Source: Octopus vulgaris (lineage: Eukaryota). From it: a DNA stretch of 64,000 nucleotides. The stretch's first letter is position 1; every line of letters begins with the position of its first letter. This document shows positions 1 through 13,347 of the stretch, one piece after another. The notes beneath the pieces were generated by a model, which was given only the letters and a program-made list of their open reading frames with translations, did not search any database and was not told the DNA's origin. Where the stretch lies: positions 35,774,001 to 35,838,000 of the forward strand of contig OX597829.1 in assembly GCA_951406725.2 (NCBI GenBank), written 5' to 3'. The position numbers were made by a program, and so were the translations under genes.

Positions 1-465
1 AATGGAGCAGAGTCCTGTTGCCAGACATAGGGTCTTCCAGTAGCCATTCTCTTGACCCAGGGCAGCACTACTTCCACTAGCCACTTGATCTAGGCTTCCG
101 TGTTGAGTGTGAGAATGTGTGGGAAGATGAATGGTGGCATAAAGTTGATATCACAAGTGATCACTCCAAACACCATGATGTTGACTGGATGTTTGATTTT
201 TATCACTCTTGGTACATGTCCTCAGATTGACACCTAAATACTTTGAAATATTTGTATTGGAACTTCCCTCGCGAATGCCAAACAGTATAGTATGTCGTTT
301 CCAAATTTCTGGCAGAGTAGATTGCATCATGGTGCTGTTCTTCTCACAGATGGTGCCCAACTGACCCTACTATATATACTGTATATTCTATAAAATAAGA
401 TAAAAATAATGCGCATGCGCGAAATTAAAGATATAAAGTGGCGACAATTTACCCATCACGCCGTG
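1..465 (-). mobile_element. Internally deleted Tc1/mariner (maT/DD37D-like) transposon, 5' part, running off the window start
   Basis: Minus strand reads MMQSTLPEIWKRHTILFGIREG..., then after a frameshift/deletion KHPVNIMVFGVITCD..MPPFIFP..LPWVKRMATGRPYVWQQDSAP, typical of maT-like transposases. Terminus CACGGCGTGATGGGTAAATTG next to TA at 466-467. Confidence 0.75.
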
Positions 466-732
466 TATACACACATAAACACACATGCAACACACACGCA
501 CACATACTCACACACAGACACAGGCACACACAAACATACGCGCACACATACATAGTTGGCCAAATGTCAAATTCCAAGATTTATTCATAACTTAATGAAT
601 ATGGAACATCATGAAAATAGTTCAAACTAAAGTCCTTCTTGAACAAAACATTTCTCAATTCGAGTCAATACAGAATTACAGACAGTATTTAATTTTGATT
701 TACTGTCGAGTGACTTTTGGCCAATCCTGTAC

Positions 733-785
<53 letters not shown>

Positions 786-965
786 TACACACATATGAGT
801 ATATATATATATATATATATATGTACATTATTATCAATTTAATTTACTAATTGCCTATAAATTTTTATAGCATGCTGACTACTTGATAGAAATCATCAAC
901 GTGATTTTTATCCTTATATTCTCTCTCTTTCTGTCTGTATCTCTCTTCTCTCCCTTACTCTTTCG

Positions 966-1067
<102 letters not shown>

Positions 1068-1639
1068 AACATATGGCGTAAACAGGGTGAATTTTAGCTA
1101 TTTCTCCGCAGACTGAAAAATATGACGAACAACCTTAATCGAACTCATTGAGTTCTTCTCAGAGACGTCTACATCATTCTGGCAGTCTTCAGAGAAAGAA
1201 GCCACCAAACTGTCTATATACTCAACAAGGAAACAATGAAGGAATTAATACCGTATATAGACCAACTATATAGTGCTCAGAATATGAGCTATATAAATAA
1301 TACAGGCATCGCTAGAAGACACAAAAGCCAGGTAATCGATAAGCAATTTTCCTTTATAACATCGGATTATTTAAGGCAAATCTCATAAAACCGTAAAAAA
1401 TATATATGCGTATACAGAATTACATAAAAATACATAAAAATACCCATATGAACATATAAAAAATGTACGTGAACATATAACAAAAATATAAAATGGTGTG
1501 CGAGTGCCTAAACTCGATACATCCGTGTTAGAAACAAGGAGGAAGAAAGTTATAGATATACGAACAATATGTTACAATATACGTAATTAATTAAAAGATA
1601 TTAAAGGTATTCCATGGCAGAGATAAATTCTAATACTCA

Positions 1640-1726
1640 TCCTACGATCGTTTAGAGAAAAATGTTACTGGGGGTGGATAAAGTATTCCTGTTCATCTCC
1701 CATATAAACAGTTCCTTCATCAGGGA
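1640..1726 (-). ncRNA. Degenerate type-I hammerhead ribozyme motif
   Basis: Reverse complement: TCC-CTGATGA-A-GGAA...long stem II...TAAA(for GAAA)-CGATCG-TA-GGA. Palindromic stem III ACGATCGT; core G12 mutated. Confidence 0.55.
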
Positions 1727-2769
1727 ACACATAATAGAATTAGAGTCCTCCTCGCTTAAAATAGAGAAAATAGAAAATATATAAATAAAAATTTATTGGC
1801 AGTATTAGATAGTAGTTTTTCATTGCTTTATGACTACACTTTCTTTTAACATAACTGTATATCATCTTATAGTTCTCTTTCTCTGTTTCTCCCTCGCTTT
1901 CTCTCCCTTATCACCCCTCACCCTCTCCTTTATATATATACTTTGGTAGTTGAAGTATTGGACCCTATCGACGATAGCATTACCACAAACATTCACTATA
2001 TTTTAAAATCGAAAAGATGAAATTAAGTATGATTTAAAGTGGTCCATTATTAGTTATGCACCGTCGTACAATATTAGCAATTCCAAATGTGATCTTTGCC
2101 TTGATGAAATGTATTATATAATTACTTCTAAATTAATTTTATTAAATTTTAATGGAAACTTTACAATAAGATGTTGCCATAAATTTAGAAAGCATTCAAA
2201 TGTTTCAAAAAGTAATCACTAGCTTAGGAGTCACACTCCGTGCAAACTTTCAAGCTAGCTCCTGCGGTGGGCTAATTGGGCCTGCGGCTCAAAACTAAAA
2301 AGTTATAAATAGCATGACTATAATATGTCTATAATGGCTATATGCCACAGTGGTGTTTGAGCAGATGTTAAGAATGGATGACAATTATTTCTCTAAAGTA
2401 ATCAGTCTATGGTTCCAATCCCAACAGTTGACCAATTTGTCCCAAATTTCTCGACGTAAAAGAAACGAAGCAAATGTTATTTTATCCCTCTTGATCTCTG
2501 ACGTCAGCTGACAAACGGCAACGAAAATGGCGTGAATCAGCCAAGATTTACCAGCTAGAAATAGCAACGCGAATGCTTTTAAATCAGATCCCAGTGCTGG
2601 ATGTTCAAGAACTAAATGAAGGGCAGATGTTCTATCCTGGGATCATCCTGATTCCAAAATGGTATATGTCTATGTAGAGCAAATGTAAACTGAGATACAA
2701 AGTCTCAGACAAATAGAATTTCGAGTTTATTATTATAGATTATACATATTGATAATAATTTTCATTATT

Positions 2770-2968
2770 TACATTATTTACATCGAAAAATACCTTAGGA
2801 ATGAGAACCCAGGTTCGAAATTTCCCCCAAGACACCCGATGAAGGCAGGAGGCTATATCAGTCAAAACATTGTGTTAACAACAAACAAGATGAGGACACA
2901 TATCCGTCAATTGTAAATAATGTAAATAATATACATAATTCCTAATGTCTTAAATATAGAACTGAATA
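2770..2968 (+). repeat. HHR-bearing dispersed repeat (Penelope pLTR-like), decayed copy of 30617-30790
   Basis: Aligns with the reverse complement of 30617-30790. HHR at 2831-2876 reads GACAC-CCGATGA-A-GGCAG..CAGTC-AAAACATT-GTGT, with a mutated core. Confidence 0.75.
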
Positions 2969-2977
2969 ATTTTAATA

Positions 2978-3490
2978 GCTATATATATAAAACTCTAGTT
3001 GTGTGAGTGTCTGTCCCCTTCGATTTAGATTCCTAACTCCTCCCACATTTTGCGGTGCAGTTTAACCAAAACCGGGTATCTTATAGTTGTGATTAATATC
3101 GAGCCCGTCTGGCTATTAGCGCGCGTCAACGATGAGTCTACGATCTTAAAAATAATTTAACATCATTTTTTATTCCATTTTAATGCATAATCTTTCGTGT
3201 GTCAATGGCGGCGGAGTTGGCGTCCACGCTCACAGCTGCACCTGTTTGCTTCTCCTCCTTCTTCCCTCCCTCATGAAGCTGTGGGAAAGGGAGTGTAAAG
3301 AAATCAACGTCGTAATGCGTTGTCAAGGAGACCAGCGTTCTTTTAGAACAACGACTTCATGGCTTGAAGACACCAAAACAGAAATGGCTAAGAAAGCCCG
3401 AATTGGCATCTGTAAGGGAAGTAACTCTCTAAAAATGCTTATATAGTTATTTCCCTTACAAACCCGAGCAACGCCGGGCGATACTGCTAG
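2978..3490 (+). mobile_element. Non-autonomous Helitron
   Basis: 3' subterminal hairpin CCCGAGCAACGCCGGG, then CTAG|T at 3487-3491. Same family as 42729-43029 but with about 200 bp more internal sequence. Confidence 0.8.
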
Positions 3491-3853
3491 TACTATATAA
3501 TAAGGTTAATTCTTATAAGACGTTTAATATAATGAGTAAATAGATAACTAATTTTTGTGACGTTAAGTATTTAAGTTTCTGCCAGTCGTAACGTAGAATT
3601 CGTCTTTATTTTTTAATATTTCTTTGTAGATTTCTAATTGTCATAATGTAGATTTCTTATGGTTGTTTTTTTACTATTTCATTATCCACTGACGTCACCA
3701 TGAGTTGAATGAAGGAATGTCTTAGGTTGAATTCGATTTTTGTTAGCGTTTATAATATTTCAAGATGTTCAATTTGAATTTCACTAATTTTAGATAGCCT
3801 TGATAACAATGTATAGCATATATATTTCGAGTATATTAATATTAATTGTAATG

Positions 3854-3954
<101 letters not shown>

Positions 3955-3974
3955 TACAATGTACATGTACGTAT

Positions 3975-4470
3975 ATAAATATATGGTGGTTATCTACTCC
4001 TTATGCAGAGTCTGACCAACTCTTGTGCCTATACTTTAGATCCATCAAGGCATATGATGTGTGTTTTAAACCCAGACAATGTATTGAAAAGACACGCACA
4101 TTGATTGCATATCCTATCTGGACAACCAAGAACTACAGTTAAGTTTTGATGTTTGTGGATCTTAAAATGTCCTTTGAGACCTCCGTTAGATTTGCAGACA
4201 TTTTGGCTTACATGGCATTGAAAGGCGTGCACAGATATATAGGTAGAATGGATGGTGGAGGTTCGCTTTTCATGGGTCCTCAAATGAGATTGGAGCCCAG
4301 CAAAAGAAAGACATGGTCTGTCACAAACTGAGCACACAAAAAGGTCATTGTGATTTTCCTTCTCCATGAGAATGACAGTTTATCCATTGAAACGAGAGGG
4401 AAATACATGGCATTATTTCTTTGATACGTATTGTAACCGTGCCTGCTTCTATTGAAGCAGAGAATGTTTT
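3975..4470 (-). mobile_element. Decayed C2H2 zinc-finger-coding fragment, probably the 3' end of an RTE-type LINE
   Basis: ORF 4029-4367 has CSVC..LQSHLRTH, CHVS..LKGHFKIH and CNQC..FKTH: one intact and two degenerate fingers, no TGEKP linkers. A short 3' UTR runs into a (TA)/(TG) microsatellite. Confidence 0.55.
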
Positions 4471-7400
4471 AAGGTATTTTTTTCTTGACTAGTGCAGGAT
4501 CGTGAAGTGAACCTGCCTGAGTTACGTACCTTAACTATGCCGTGCTACAGATAGTATGATATTTTCATTTGTTCAACTACCTTTAACTTTAAATCACTAT
4601 GTCGATGGTTGTCCTAATAACTAAAGTGTAATAGGAAGAAAGTTTTACCGTTGAGTTACATTATTCTAAATCACTTTAATTACATAGCTAATTCCCTTAG
4701 AGGAAAATATTGCTGTCCCACAATCTCATTTCCATTCACCTATAAATATGTGACCGTGTGTTTATATTAGAAGTGTATAGTGTATGTTGTGATTTTGCAA
4801 ACAACAAAGATTCTGGGTGTTGTTGATTGAAAGCAAAAATTAATTTCGATATTGCCGCATCTTTACTCGCGAGATTTGGAAACTGAAATCTTCCTTTCTT
4901 GTCACATACTTTTCTGCAAAATAAAATGGAAATGAAAATATAATAGACAAAAATAAAACAGATATTATATTGAAAATTAAATTCCAAAGAATAATTCTGC
5001 AGACAAACATTATCATTCCATGATTCGTGAAGTCACTGCTTAAATTGATAACGAATAATCGAGTATCTTAAAAACCAAAACAAATACACATAAAAATAAG
5101 AAAAATAGATTAAGAGTAGAGTAGAATGATTTTTTGTTTTTGAAATTCCTAAAGTGTATGAAGTCTTCGAAGATAAGAGAAAAGGTGGAAAATGCTTAAA
5201 GCAATTAAATGCAGAATCTGCTGCAACAAATGCAACTTTCTTCATTCACATATAACTACTTTATCTAAGCTTGGGATGTAGTGGGCGGTGTTTGAAAAAA
5301 TTTGATCCAGCCTTTCTCAATTCTCACGTGAGTTTAGATCGTCTAAATGGCGGTGAGTGCAGTGAGGTTTCCAGTACCGGAACGAGAGTCTCAAAATAAG
5401 AATTTCACACACAGACACGCATGCACACGTGCACTCACACGCAAGCGCGCACACATGCTCACGCACACACACAAACACATACACGCACTTACAAACATGT
5501 GAAAGACTATCATATTGGAGGAACAGATGATTAACTCCATTTCTTCCTGGTGCCTCTCGTTACATGCGGCACTTCAAGTGACAAAAAAAGAATAAACAAA
5601 ACACTCTAAGAATTTTGTCATAGACCAATGAAAAAACAGCTAGGTCCTTATTTTTTTACTTTTTTTTCACCCAGGTAAAAAAAAAAAACTCAGACGTTTT
5701 GTAGCAGAGCATTCAGCAATGCGTCATAACTACGCGACTTATGCATCCAAGTCGGGAAGCAATAATACTACTACTGGGACGGGGTTTAGACCAATAAATC
5801 TATTACGTGGAGGCTAATTTGTCCGGCTGCTGAAATTCGATAGCAATTATTTCGTTTTGAAGTTACATAAAGGTAAGACCTTGGATTTCTTTTTCAATGA
5901 TCTCTGCGGCTTTGAAAGGATGGACAAAGCTTCGGATTGACACACAGTGCATCATTTTTACATAGACGCAATATGGCGTGGTCTAAAGGGATGCAACATC
6001 CATGCCATTCCAGGATATGAGGCATTTTCAAATTTCCGCACCATTGACCAGCGTAACACTTTTTCCACCCAACATTACTTTAGAAAGGCGAAATTCATTT
6101 GATATGTAATTATGAATGTGTTTCTGTGTTGAGATGCTTGCAGTTTGTGATGCAGCATTACTGTACAAGAATACACGGAGCTAACATGAATAACTTTCTT
6201 GTAAAAATTCGTGATTATTTATGCGTATAAGGGAAACTGGAAGAAAGTTGCTGGCAATGTTAGTGATTACATTCATGATGTAGAATGAGTTGAATCAAAT
6301 TATGCTTCTCTTCCTGGTCATGTTATTTTGTGGGGAAGTTCTTTTTGCAGTAGGTTTTTTTAGTGTTATCTCTTCTTCACTCTTCATCGTTATAATAGGA
6401 AGCGACCTCTTTGAAAATTTCTTCATCAGAAGACGGGCTAGAAATTCAGCTAACCCCATCTACTGGGTCTACCTGCTATCTGGAATGATTGTAATTTATA
6501 TGACTTTATATCATATTTTAATCATTTTAATAGAATAATACTTTACTGGCCTGAATTACTTTAATATCGAAAACGTTAAGTCTAATATAATTTTCAGACA
6601 CTGTTTTTTTTTCTTTTTAGATGAGCCTACTAGCTTATCTAAAACGAAACGTAGTGAACACTAACTGGTGTTATAGTTAGTTTCTCGTATGTATCCAGTC
6701 AAGATATAGGGTAGCTAGTTCACTGCTAAAAATATCCAGGATGAAAATCCTATTTGAGAAAAATTTAAACAATGGGTCACCATTTTCTGATGAAGTCGTT
6801 TTAAAATAGTCACTGGCATTCACTATACATCGGCAAAATCGCCAGTTGCAGTAAATGTTTTCCGAATTCAAGGGCTTTCAGGAAAAACTATAGACGATTA
6901 GCATGCATTTATATCGAATAATCATTCTTCTGTCAATGAGATTAGAAGGAAGTTTTTGCAGTCCTTAAAAGTACACATGGAGAATGTTTAAGCACTTGCA
7001 AAGATTTTACTGAAGCAGGAGTTTGTAATTTCTGTTGGAGTAAAAGGGTGTGGCTCCATATAATTGTTGTCTTGTCTGCAAGACTATATTTAGAAATGCA
7101 GTGCTGTATCTTTTTGATTAATAAATTGTCAGAAAATTGTCAATATTATTACAGTATTTTAAGCAATACACATATTTCAATGTGCATGCAATATACATTT
7201 CAATATGCCGGGAAACGATGTAGTCGATATTAGTACACATTAAGTACGATAAATACCCCTTAAATATTTACTTCAGGCATTATAATAAATGTCTCATATG
7301 CTCAATCGAATCATTGGGGGGGGAAATTTTTAGAGCGTAATTGTTACGTTCTGAGTGATTCATCACTTATGGTAAAAAAAAAAAAATTTTACGACACTAT

Positions 7401-7889
7401 ATGCCTTATAAGATAAAACAATTTATAAGCTCTCTCCATATGTTGTAGAAAAAATTTAAATTTTAGTCATCACTAAATATTTTTACAAGATAACATTTCA
7501 ATACATTTTTCATTGTCCATTTTTTTTTTGTTCGTCCTTTATTTTGCTGTTTTGTTATAAAATGATAGCTCACGTTTTCTCTTCTGAAGAGACTCAAACT
7601 AATTTGAACTAATATAAATATTGCTTGCCCGCATAAATATTTTCTTGCACAGTAATGAATGTAAGTTATTAGATCAGATTTCTGGAGTGATTTTTACTCT
7701 TATATATTGTAATATCTATTAATTTCATTCTTTATAAATTAAGCTAATATAGTCGTTCGGTATATTTAAGTATTTAGCTGTATACGCTCACATTGAAACA
7801 CACACATATATGCATATATATATGTACACTTTTTAGCTTCCTCTTTAGATACATACACACACATGTATACATGCATATATATGTGTGTG

Positions 7890-7921
<32 letters not shown>

Positions 7922-8079
7922 TGTATGTATGTATAAATGTACGTACGTACGTATGTATGTATGCACGTATGTATACTTTGACTTTAGTTAACCGAGGATG
8001 CGCCTATATAATGTTACTGTATCGTATTAATACAATATTGCATATAATACATGCAACATTCAGCAATTAAAAGCTGATA

Positions 8080-9660
8080 GTGATACACCGAAACAATTTT
8101 TGAAATTCGTAATAAAGTCTTTTCAATCCAACTTCTTAAAAATACCATTCCATTTATAAATACACATAATCCAGGAGTGACCAAAGCTTCCACACTTTAG
8201 AAACAAATGTACTGAAACTCTTATAAAATCCCAAAATAAAAAAAAAAATCTGGCTTTTGAAAACCTTATACGAAACAGTAAATATCATCCAAAAAATCTA
8301 AAAGATCATCTCACGAGGGTAAATTTCATTTAAATGATAATACAGAATTTTCTGTGAGGGACTGTGAGGATAATAAATGTGGAACATGCAACAACAACTT
8401 AGATATTTGGACACTAATTCTCATATAGAATTTAGAATTGGATTCCCCGTCTAAGTAAATGTTTTAGGTTGAAGAATAATTTAATGAGCGTCTTTTTCAA
8501 ATGTAAAAATGCACGCTGAAATAAAATGCATTAGTAAAATGTTTTATGTTATTTAAAAGAGAATTTTTTGCTCTACAAAACAGTGTTCTGATTTTTAAAA
8601 AAATTATTCATTTTTGTGTATATTCAGATCATTAAAATGGAATGTCAAGTGAACAAAACAGCATTTTCGATACCATTTGCTTTTTGTAATTAATCGAGGT
8701 GTGGAGACCACTAAGGCTGCTCGGGAGATTTGTGCTGTGTAAGGAGAAGGGGCGATGCCTTAAAGTACCACTCACCGTTGGTTTTCGCGCTTCAAAATTG
8801 GGAATTTTGACCTCAAGGACGGATCACACACCGGTCGACCAACTGAATTCTACGAAGAGTGATTGAATCAACTTCTTCACGGAAACCCAATCAAACCAGC
8901 AGAAAATTGGCGGAGAAGATAGATTGTGATAAAAAGAAAACTGTGGTGAATCACCTTCAGCAAAAAAGACCGAATAGGCGAAATGGCATTCTTTTGCAAC
9001 ACAACACCCATCCTCATATCACCAATATGACCAAAGATGCGTTTCAAGAACTCGAATGGGAAGTACTGCCTCATTCTCCATATTCTCCAGACTTGGCGCC
9101 GTCAGATTTTCATCTCTTTCGACCGCCTTCGAACGCTTTCCGCGGTGTGTCGTTCAATAATGACATGGAATTGAGAGCTTATTTGGACGAATTCTTTGAG
9201 TTAAGCCTGGGAGATTTCTATCGCCGAGGCATCGAAAAATTTATTGAACGATGGAAGAAAGTTGTAAACAACAACTTATTGATTAATTTATTGTGGGTTT
9301 TTTTAATTAAAATACGCTCGTGAATTATTCCTCAGCCCAATAGATATGAATAGGAAAACAGGATTTCATATACTGCAAAATCTGCCCCCGCCCTAAAATG
9401 AAAAGAAAATATATTGGCGATGCCAACAATTCAATTTGTCAACGTGCACGGACAGCATATCAGACAACACATCATCCAAAGACAATACACCAGACAAAAT
9501 GACTTAGGCAAGATTCCGCTAAGTAAGCATCTGAAAATATCTGGAAACACCAGATTTAAGCTCTTTCCCATCAACAAATGACCAAGGGATGACCCAAAGT
9601 TCTAGAAGGCAATGGAAGTACATTTTATCTAAAAATTCTTAGCTAAACTAAACGTGTAAA
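8080..9660 (+). mobile_element. Penelope-like element remnant (GIY-YIG region) interrupted by a mariner
   Basis: IPFINTHNPG upstream of the mariner; downstream KYIGD..., IPLSKHL..G..FKLFPI..E.HFI.KF..KLN, matching the PLE GIY-YIG C-terminus. Many stops. Confidence 0.6.
8463..9342 (+). mobile_element. Mariner (DD34D) transposon, internally deleted pseudogene with both TIRs
   Basis: ATG at 8637 (MECQVNK..), WF.RFK.GNFDLKD HTH region, then HNTHPH..WEVLPHSPYSPDLAPSDFHLFR. TIRs at ~8463-8491 and ~9314-9342. Same family as 58963-60135. Confidence 0.9.
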
Positions 9661-10117
9661 ATGAAAAATGTATGCTTGTATATATATATACATATATATA
9701 TGGACACATGAAAAACCCTGATTAAAATGTTCTCATTACTGCTACTAAAATAACTGGAAAAATTCACTTAAGCAACTGACACACAACGCTCAAACACACA
9801 CACGCACACACACAACACACATACACACACTCTCTCACACACACATACACACACTCTCTCACACACACACACAAACATATATAGACACATACTTAATAGC
9901 ATTCCACAACAACTTTGGCAGAGTCTATTTTCTACAGCTGGATAGTATGATAATTGACAAAAAAGGCAAAACAATAAGAAATGACTAAAAAGAAAATTGA
10001 CATCTTGTATTATCGTCATCTTCAACCATATCAGAAAAAGACACCTTTCTACAGCTGGGTAGCATGAGAACTGACCAAAGAACACAATACAATTTCAACT
10101 ATCTCAGAAATGGACCC

Positions 10118-10119
10118 CT

Positions 10120-10163
<44 letters not shown>

Positions 10164-10242
10164 TCATTCTTTCTTTCTTTCCTTTTTCTTTCTTTCTTCC
10201 TTCCCTTCTTCCTTTCTTTCTTTTTTCTTTCCTTCTTTCTTT
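10118..10242. repeat. (CTTT)n microsatellite
   Basis: Directly visible. Confidence 0.95.
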
Positions 10243-10324
10243 GTGTGTATATATACACATACATACGCGCGTACATACATAATACATACATACACACATA
10301 AATATATATATTGTATATATATTA

Positions 10325-10367
<43 letters not shown>

Positions 10368-10861
10368 CACATATATTTCTTTACCTATATGTATGTATAT
10401 ATATATATACGTATACACACATGCGTCTATAAAGTTAAAATTGCATATATGTATATAAATTTATGTCAGTGTATGTGTATATGTATGTATATATATGTGT
10501 GTGTGTGTGTATAATTACATATATATATGTATGTATGCACGCATGTATGTATGTGGTATGTGTGCATTCGGATTGTTTGAAGCTTTTCACAATCTTACTT
10601 TTATCTTTATTTTTACTTCTTGCTTCCTGCCAATATAAGCAAAATGCAAAACTTTGCAGATGAACAACGCAAATGCGCACCTTTTGATGCAACTTTGATG
10701 AAGTTCCACTATAGTGTATAAATCGCTAAATTACGTAGATTTTCAGATTTGATATTTGTCTGGAATGACGTTACCTAGCGCTGGTAGAGAAACAATTGTA
10801 GATAGACACTGAAGATGGGTTAAATTCTTTATTTGTCTTATTTTGGATTATTCTTTAACAC

Positions 10862-11045
10862 GCTTACTTGTTCCAGTTATTTGACTGGGGCCTTGCTGGA
10901 GTACCGCCTTAAAAGGTTTTAGTCGAAGAGATCGATCGCAGGACTTCTTTTCTTTGTAAGCTGAGTACTTACCGAACCGCTTGGTTACGGGGATGTAAAC
11001 ACACCAACGCCGGTTGTCAAGCACGGACACAGAGACACACGCACA
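10862..11045 (-). mobile_element. 3' part of a CORE-type tRNA SINE
   Basis: Aligns with 43310-43510 (gctggagcaccgcc...ccgaaccgct..ggggacgtaaacacacc..ggttgtcaagc). Confidence 0.75.
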
Positions 11046-11048
11046 TAG

Positions 11049-11101
<53 letters not shown>

Positions 11102-11251
11102 ATTAAGATTCAGTTGAATTAGGTACTTAAGTTGAAGCACTAAGTCAGTCCAGTATTACCCGCACAGATCAAAGTAAGGTGAATAAAATCAAAATAAGCA
11201 ACAGGATATCATGAAGTGATGTAGATATCCTGTTGAGTATTTTGATTATAT

Positions 11252-11341
<90 letters not shown>

Positions 11342-11393
11342 ATAGGAGTGTATATAAACATATCTATACACACAGGTGCAAGAGTGGCTTTGC

Positions 11394-11640
11394 AGGCACA
11401 GGAATGGCTGTGTAGTAAGAAGGTTGATTCCCAAGCACATGGTTCCGGGTTCGGTCCCACTGTGTGGCAACTTGGGCAAGTGTCATCTACTATAGCCTCG
11501 GGTGACCAAAGCCTTGTGAGTGAATTTGGTAGACGGAAACTGAAAAGAAGCCAGTTGCATATCCGTATATGTTTGTCCCTCCAGCATCGCTTAACATCCG
11601 ATTTTGGTGTCTTTACGACCCCGTAACTTAGTGATTCCTC
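11394..11640 (+). mobile_element. tRNA-derived CORE-type SINE, 3' truncated
   Basis: A box TGGCTGTGTAGT, B-box-like GGTTCGGTCCC, CORE-like CTTGGGCAAGTG. Homologous to 43310-43718 and 23644-23742. Confidence 0.8.
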
Positions 11641-11643
11641 AAA

Positions 11644-11753
<110 letters not shown>

Positions 11754-12134
11754 CGTAGCTACTATGCAAAAGTACCGTAAGTTCAAAACATTGCTTTCTC
11801 AGAAAACGAAAAAATAGTTTCACCATTTCCTTTCTTTTTACATTAGCGACAATTTCAGCTTAACAATAATACTTTGTTGGGTGCATAAAATCATGACTCC
11901 ATGCATGTACAATATTTTCAATCAGAAATAGTTTGAAAATCTGTCGTATGTGGGACTTATTACACCTCTGAAAAAATGCTAAATTGTTGTACTAATACAC
12001 TTTAACAATTTTCATATTTTAGCATCTGAAACAACTTGAGATACGCTAGTTTGACCAAACTTAAATACTGAAAAAAAAAGTGCATTTGGCCAAGTTTGGA
12101 TATGCGACAGCAGAACATAGTAGTAATAGGATAG

Positions 12135-12414
12135 CACGAGCTTGAGACATGGCCGCCCTCACGCATTTCTCATGAAGAATTCTGGCAGGAGCTTCGTGAG
12201 ACTACTGCCGAGACACTTCTGGAAAAAATTGGAAAACCTATTATAATTGGAAAACCTATTATAGTAGTCACTCGGTCATTCCTAAGGATATCTGAAGAAG
12301 GAATTTTTATATTCCGAAATATTATTATATCAGACTATGAATAATTAAATTACAACAGTTATTATAGTTCACTCTGCATTGTTGTGCCATTTAAGACACA
12401 TTATATTTTACAAA

Positions 12415-12415
<1 letters not shown>
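12135..12415 (+). repeat. Penelope pLTR-like repeat, homologous to 25570-25831
   Basis: About 280 bp alignable with 25570-25831; contains the HHR at 12287-12331. Confidence 0.75.
12287..12331 (+). ncRNA. Type-I hammerhead ribozyme motif, intact core
   Basis: GATAT-CTGAAGA-A-GGAAT ttttat ATTCC-GAA-ATATTAT-T-ATATC: stem I GATAT/ATATC, stem II GGAAT/ATTCC, NUH = AUU. Confidence 0.75.
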
Positions 12416-12459
<44 letters not shown>

Positions 12460-12461
<2 letters not shown>

Positions 12462-12650
12462 GATGTACTTGCATAGCAAGTGATTTGATCTGAGATCGTG
12501 TGCTGAAACGAAAACAATTGCAGCGTGGAAGGTGTTTGTAAGCCATTTAAGAAACACACAAAAGCCGTCCAATTCACTTTAACATTTAAGTTTAATTTGT
12601 CAAAATATTTTCGTCGCTTTAAGACCGCGACCTGTTCACTGACAAAAATC
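12460..12650 (-). repeat. Dispersed ~190-bp repeat carrying a variant HHR; second copy at 41178-41372 in opposite orientation
   Basis: Reverse complement aligns nearly end to end with 41178-41372. Confidence 0.85.
12596..12646 (-). ncRNA. Type-I hammerhead-like motif with G3:C8 core swap
   Basis: Reverse complement: TTTGTCA-GTGAACA-G-GTCGC ggtcttaaa GCGAC-GAA-AATATT-T-TGACAAA. 7-bp stem I, 5-bp stem II, palindromic stem III. Confidence 0.7.
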
Positions 12651-12672
12651 CATGCTGCATCATATATATACT

Positions 12673-13336
12673 TTCAAATAATGAGGGAGATAAATTGAAT
12701 ATTAATTTAATTAATATCAATTTAAAACTAATAGCCTAGCATACAAAAATCTGAAAAATCAGAGAAAATTCTAATACATGTGTATATTTAAAGAGCTAAA
12801 AAACCACTAGGTGGTCAGCCGTATGCTAGAAGTAGATCACTTACGATCAAACTACAAAGAAAAGAATGTTCTCTAGAGGAAAATTCAGTGGAACACAAGA
12901 CCAATATGCGGTCAAGACAGATGAAAATTATATAAAAAATCAGAATTACTCACAGATCGGCGGTTTCACCTATTAACGAATGAATCACTTATGTAATCCA
13001 TTGTCCGTAGGCTCGTCAGTGCGATCGTTCCACAGGTAATGTAATTTGTAAAACTAACCACTAGTTTTCCGTATAAAAACGGACACGTGCTCAGTTTCAC
13101 CGATTACATTGGGGTTAATTTCAAATGTCTTAGTTCTGGCGCGCTAAAATTCGGCAACAAAATCTGCAGTAAATAATTTACTGCAGTTAATGCCGCCTAT
13201 TGGGGAACATATTTATTTTAACATTCAAATAATGAGGGAGATAAATTGAATATTAATTTAATTAATATCAATTTAAAACCAGTAGCCTAGCATACAAAAA
13301 TCTGAAAAATCAGAGAGAATTCTAATACATGTGTAT
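12673..13336 (-). mobile_element. pLTR-like unit bounded by ~113-bp direct repeats (12673-12785 and 13224-13336)
   Basis: Near-identical direct repeats ttcaaataatgagggagata...ctaatacatgtgtat flank an HHR at 12950-13024. Confidence 0.7.
12950..13024 (-). ncRNA. Type-I hammerhead ribozyme motif with long stem II
   Basis: Reverse complement: TCGCA-CTGACGA-GCCTA...TAGGT-GAAA-CCGCCGA-TC-TGTGA. Core intact, one mismatch in stem III. Confidence 0.65.
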
Positions 13337-13347
13337 TAAGCCTGCAA

